DNA from: Naegleria gruberi
Lineage: Eukaryota
Length of the DNA stretch: 1,425 bases
Assembly (NCBI GenBank): GCA_000004985.1
Contig: GG739425.1
Strand: one strand, 5' to 3'
The translations under genes were made by a program, and so were the position numbers. The notes under the pieces are model-generated. The model searched no databases. It saw only the letters and a list, made by a program, of their open reading frames with translations, and was not told the origin of the DNA. This document shows, in pieces, positions 1 through 1,425 of the stretch (position 1 is the first letter of the stretch; every line of letters starts with the position of its first letter).

Positions 1-390
1 TCAATTGCTGGTGCATGGAGTAATGATGATTGGTGAGTAAATTGAATCTTGTGATTGAAGATTGAAAGAGGAGCAAACTGGAGTTAAAACAAGAGGAAAG
101 TCTTCCAAGTGACGACGTTTGGATTTTTGAGTTTCCTCCAATCTGTTGGATGGTCGTTTTGTGGACTTGTTTTCCCTCTTCCTCATTGAATACTCCTTAC
201 CATTCTTACACACAGTTAGGATGAGAGAAGGTTTTGGACTCGAATTACTCTGCAGACAGGACTGCAGAGTTTTGGTAGTTGATGATTTTTCAGTTTCTTC
301 ACAACTGATGAGTGAAGAACATGAAACTTTACATTGTTGTTGAACATCAATAACATTCTGTTCAACTTGGCATAATCTTGCATGAGCCAT
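1..390 (-). CDS. 5' portion of a protein-coding gene (N-terminal 129 aa). Low-complexity Ser/Thr/Lys-rich hypothetical protein. The ORF continues beyond the window start, so the C-terminal part lies outside.
   Basis: A 390-nt open frame runs uninterrupted to the window edge in AT-rich DNA, which is improbable by chance. The first in-frame ATG (complement of 388-390) has A at -3 and G at +4 (caacaacaATGg). An in-frame TGA lies 5 codons upstream. Early codons are yeast-preferred (GCT, AGA, CAA, GTT, GAA, ATT, GAT). The body is less AT-rich than the flanking 400-1000 region. I recognise no known domain by eye. Confidence 0.45.
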   Translation of the reverse strand: MAHARLCQVEQNVIDVQQQCKVSCSSLISCEETEKSSTTKTLQSCLQSNSSPKPSLILTVCKNGKEYSMRKRENKSTKRPSNRLEETQKSKRRHLEDFPLVLTPVCSSFNLQSQDSIYSPIIITPCTSN

Positions 391-426
391 TGTTGTTGTT
401 TTTCAATTGGGATAAGTAACACGAAA

Positions 427-513
427 GAGTAATAGAGTAATAGCAGAATCAAAATAATTATGGAGAAGGAGTAATAATTATTGAAAATACTATGGAGTAA
501 ATACTAGTAATAG
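427..513. repeat. Cluster of five (G)AGTAATA motif copies, including one perfect tandem 8-mer duplication.
   Basis: Seen directly in the sequence. gagtaata is at 427-434 and again at 435-442 (perfect tandem). A third copy gagtaata is at 470-477. A variant gagtaaata is at 496-504. agtaata is at 506-512. Copies 3 and 4 are each preceded by (a)tggag. Confidence 0.5.
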
Positions 514-550
514 GACTATATAATAAATAGAGAATGTTTTAAACGGAGAA

Positions 551-580
551 GGATTAGAGTTGTAATTTGGATTAGTTGGT
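551..580. repeat. Short imperfect direct repeat GGATTAG(AG)TTG ... GGATTAGTTG.
   Basis: ggattagagttg at 551-562 and ggattagttgg at 569-579. The copies are 18 bp apart and match at 10 of 12 positions with a 2-nt indel. Confidence 0.4.
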
Positions 581-692
581 TTGAATATTTCAATTAATAT
601 AAATAATTATGAAAACTTGAAGAGGATTTGTTGGAGTGGGTGATGGCTAAGAATTAGGAAAGAATGGATGAACAGAACAATACAGCAACAGA

Positions 693-710
693 ATAATGAT
701 GATAATAATG
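693..710. repeat. Trinucleotide microsatellite (AAT/GAT)6.
   Basis: Positions 693-710 read aat aat gat gat aat aat. Confidence 0.5.
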
Positions 711-832
711 TAGAAATGGTAGTAAAATGGTATTAATATATACAACTGAGAGAGTATTCAAATAGTATCAAGTTGTCGATATATCAAAACACACAATGAA
801 AATGGTTAGTCAAACAAAAGTACTACTAGTCA

Positions 833-844
833 ATGATGATGATG
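833..844. repeat. Trinucleotide microsatellite (ATG)4.
   Basis: atgatgatgatg at 833-844. It is preceded by (tac)2 at 821-826. Confidence 0.5.
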
Positions 845-992
845 AAAATCACAACACCGTCAACCTGAATTTTGTTGTTAGGAGAGAGTAAAAGAATGTA
901 GTGTAATGGGGAAAAAAACAAGCCTTGTTAGAAAATAATATTAACACCAGACTGTTGCTGTTTTTGTTTTGTTTGCAAAAAGAGCAAAATTA

Positions 993-1017
993 GAATTTGT
1001 TACTGTGATGGTGTTGC
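993..1017 (+). repeat. Copy A of a dispersed motif: AATTTGT-TACTGTGATGG-TGTT.
   Basis: tactgtgatgg is at 1001-1011. It shares the 10-mer tactgtgatg with 1314-1323 and the 9-mer ctgtgatgg with 1124-1132. The upstream aatttgt is also shared with copy C. Confidence 0.4.
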
Positions 1018-1085
1018 TCAAGCATTCAAAGTCTTATTTGAGAGGAAAAGAATAAAAATATTCCAAGTTGTACATCACATAGTCC

Positions 1086-1101
1086 GAGGTCGTCACACCT
1101 C
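1086..1101. other. Small perfect hairpin or inverted repeat, GAGGT-cgtcac-ACCTC, inside a GC-rich island (1081-1146, about 55% GC against about 30% in the flanks).
   Basis: gaggt at 1086-1090 pairs with acctc at 1097-1101, giving a 5-bp stem and a 6-nt loop. The stem does not extend further. GC content is my approximate hand count. Confidence 0.3.
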
Positions 1102-1123
1102 CACCTGCTTTGCTTTCGGTAAT

Positions 1124-1132
1124 CTGTGATGG
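1124..1132 (+). repeat. Copy B of the dispersed motif: CTGTGATGG.
   Basis: ctgtgatgg at 1124-1132 is an exact 9-mer match to 1003-1011. It sits at the 3' edge of the GC-rich island. Confidence 0.4.
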
Positions 1133-1152
1133 ATTCGCTGCGGCAGTTTGAA

Positions 1153-1160
1153 TATAAAAG
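1153..1160 (+). promoter_or_regulatory. Canonical TATA box TATAAAAG.
   Basis: It is a perfect match to TATAWAWR. It lies immediately 3' of the GC-rich island. Downstream of it there is no long ORF inside the window. If functional, it would drive a rightward transcript, coding beyond 1425 or non-coding. Confidence 0.3.
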
Positions 1161-1231
1161 ACAATCTTCAAATTCACTTTTAAAAATAGAATGAGCGGAA
1201 GAAAAATTGAGGTTGATGGAACACTGAAGTG

Positions 1232-1336
1232 GTAAGATGAAACACTGTGTCAATCTAGGGTTGAACATTCTTCAATTCAAATAACAAAGGTTTAATAATA
1301 AAATTTGTATTCCTACTGTGATGTTATTATTTGTAG
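1232..1336 (+). other. Candidate short spliceosomal intron. Weak: GTAAGA donor, pyrimidine-rich tract and TAG acceptor.
   Basis: gtaaga is at 1232-1237. ttattatttgtag ends at 1336. The length is 105 nt. There is no TACTAAC branch site, and GTAAGA is not the Saccharomyces-type GTATGT. An ATG at 1191 gives MSGRKIEVDGTLK before the donor. Splicing to the AG at 1336 or 1339 gives an immediate TGA. Splicing to the AG at 1342 gives only about 32 aa. Confidence 0.12.
1301..1327 (+). repeat. Copy C of the dispersed motif: AATTTGTattccTACTGTGATG-TTATT.
   Basis: tactgtgatg at 1314-1323 is an exact 10-mer match to 1001-1010. It is preceded by aatttgt, as in copy A, but with a 6-nt insertion. Confidence 0.4.
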
Positions 1337-1425
1337 AAGAAGGTGCACTACAATATTAAGGAGTTTGTGGAAGAGTGCAAAACCGGATAATTTGATTTGA
1401 ATCAATTTCAATTATTAATAAGGTG

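Larger units (their letters stand above)
391..640 (-). promoter_or_regulatory. Putative promoter and 5' leader of the minus-strand gene, AT-rich with TATA-like elements.
   Basis: The AT-rich, ORF-free sequence lies immediately upstream of ATG(390) on the minus strand. TATATAAT is at 517-524, about 127 bp upstream of the ATG. TATAAATA at 598-605 is a perfect TATAWAWR match on the plus strand. An out-of-frame upstream ATG at 452 (start of the 78-aa track ORF 216..452) would be a uATG only if the transcription start lies further upstream. Confidence 0.3.

Noticed and set aside
250-268. The direct repeat ctgcaga-N5-ctgcaga (two PstI sites).
   Set aside because: It lies inside the CDS and simply encodes the LQSCLQS amino-acid repeat. 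It has no independent significance.
146-452. The plus-strand 65-aa ORF (146..343) and the minus-strand 78-aa ORF (216..452).
   Set aside because: Both overlap the better-supported 129-aa minus-strand frame. The 78-aa frame is out of frame with ATG(390) and is hydrophobic low-complexity sequence (MILLLLYYSFVLL...). Neither has an independent signal.
907-918. The A7/T7 run read as a Pol III terminator for a minus-strand small RNA. U6 and other snRNA signatures were also sought.
   Set aside because: Several T5 runs would terminate Pol III prematurely on that strand. No ACAGAGA/AGC (U6) motif or A/B boxes are present on either strand.
1058-1077. An a1-alpha2 haploid-specific-gene operator, because TACATCA at 1071-1077 matches the a1 half-site exactly.
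   Set aside because: The alpha2 half (TCRTGT) at the required spacing is absent. A lone 7-mer half-site is not significant.
1071-1132. CDEI-like aTCACATa (1073-1080) and, on the minus strand, a CDEIII-like GATTaCCGAAAG (complement of about 1112-1124) suggesting a point centromere.
   Set aside because: The intervening and adjacent sequence is GC-rich rather than a more than 90% AT CDEII of about 80 bp. The CDEIII flanks do not match. The order and spacing are wrong.
1149-1159. An ARS consensus near-match, TTTTATATTCA, on the minus strand (10 of 11 to WTTTAYRTTTW).
   Set aside because: The mismatch is at an essential T. 10 of 11 matches are common in DNA this AT-rich. It is the reverse face of the TATA box, and no B-element evidence is available.
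1003-1230. The UGAUGG-type motifs interpreted as box C of a C/D snoRNA, or of a polycistronic snoRNA array.
   Set aside because: Box C lacks the conserved terminal A. No correctly spaced CUGA box D exists after the first copy. No terminal stem can be formed around 1124-1227.
1026-1268. The 80-aa minus-strand ORF from the six-frame track.
   Set aside because: It spans the GC island, the TATA box and AT-rich spacer. Its composition is implausible (FNPRLTQCFILPLQC...). There is no yeast-like codon bias, and it overlaps the candidate rightward promoter. It is most likely a chance ORF.
1215-1270. A tRNA-like A-box resemblance (ctgaAGTGGTAaG at 1224-1236) with a weak B-box-like GGTTGAACATTC at 1259-1270.
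   Set aside because: Position 8 is not T, and the D-stem and anticodon stem do not pair. The B-box match is poor. No cloverleaf can be drawn.

Overview
This 1425-bp window is AT-rich (roughly two-thirds A+T) and looks like nuclear DNA from a budding-yeast-like fungus. Codon preference (GCT, AGA, CAA, GTT, GAA), A at -3 of the start codon, TATAWAWR boxes and (CAA/ATG)n-type low complexity support that. This taxonomic guess is inference only. I find no prokaryotic-type organisation: no CRISPR array, no operon, no recognisable tRNA, rRNA or mobile element. The one feature I can reasonably support is the 5' end of a protein-coding gene on the minus strand. Its ATG is at 390 and the ORF runs off the window at position 1, giving 129 aa of an S/T/K-rich, low-complexity hypothetical protein. 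Everything from 391 to 1425 (about 1 kb) has no ORF of at least 60 aa apart from one compositionally implausible 80-aa frame. I read this stretch as promoter and intergenic DNA. It contains TATA-consensus elements (517-524, 598-605, 1153-1160), several short direct or tandem repeats, two trinucleotide microsatellites, and a GC-rich (~55%) island of about 65 bp at 1081-1146 with a small hairpin. An 8-10-mer (TA)CTGTGATG(G) recurs three times. A weak intron-like signal (GTAAGA ... Y-tract TAG) follows the TATA box at 1153, but I could not reconstruct a convincing coding exon pair from it. The likely real content is a partial gene plus a long regulatory region. That region may hold a divergent or unannotated transcript, possibly non-coding, starting after position ~1160. 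I see no compelling sequence-level evidence for a novel multi-gene system in this window.
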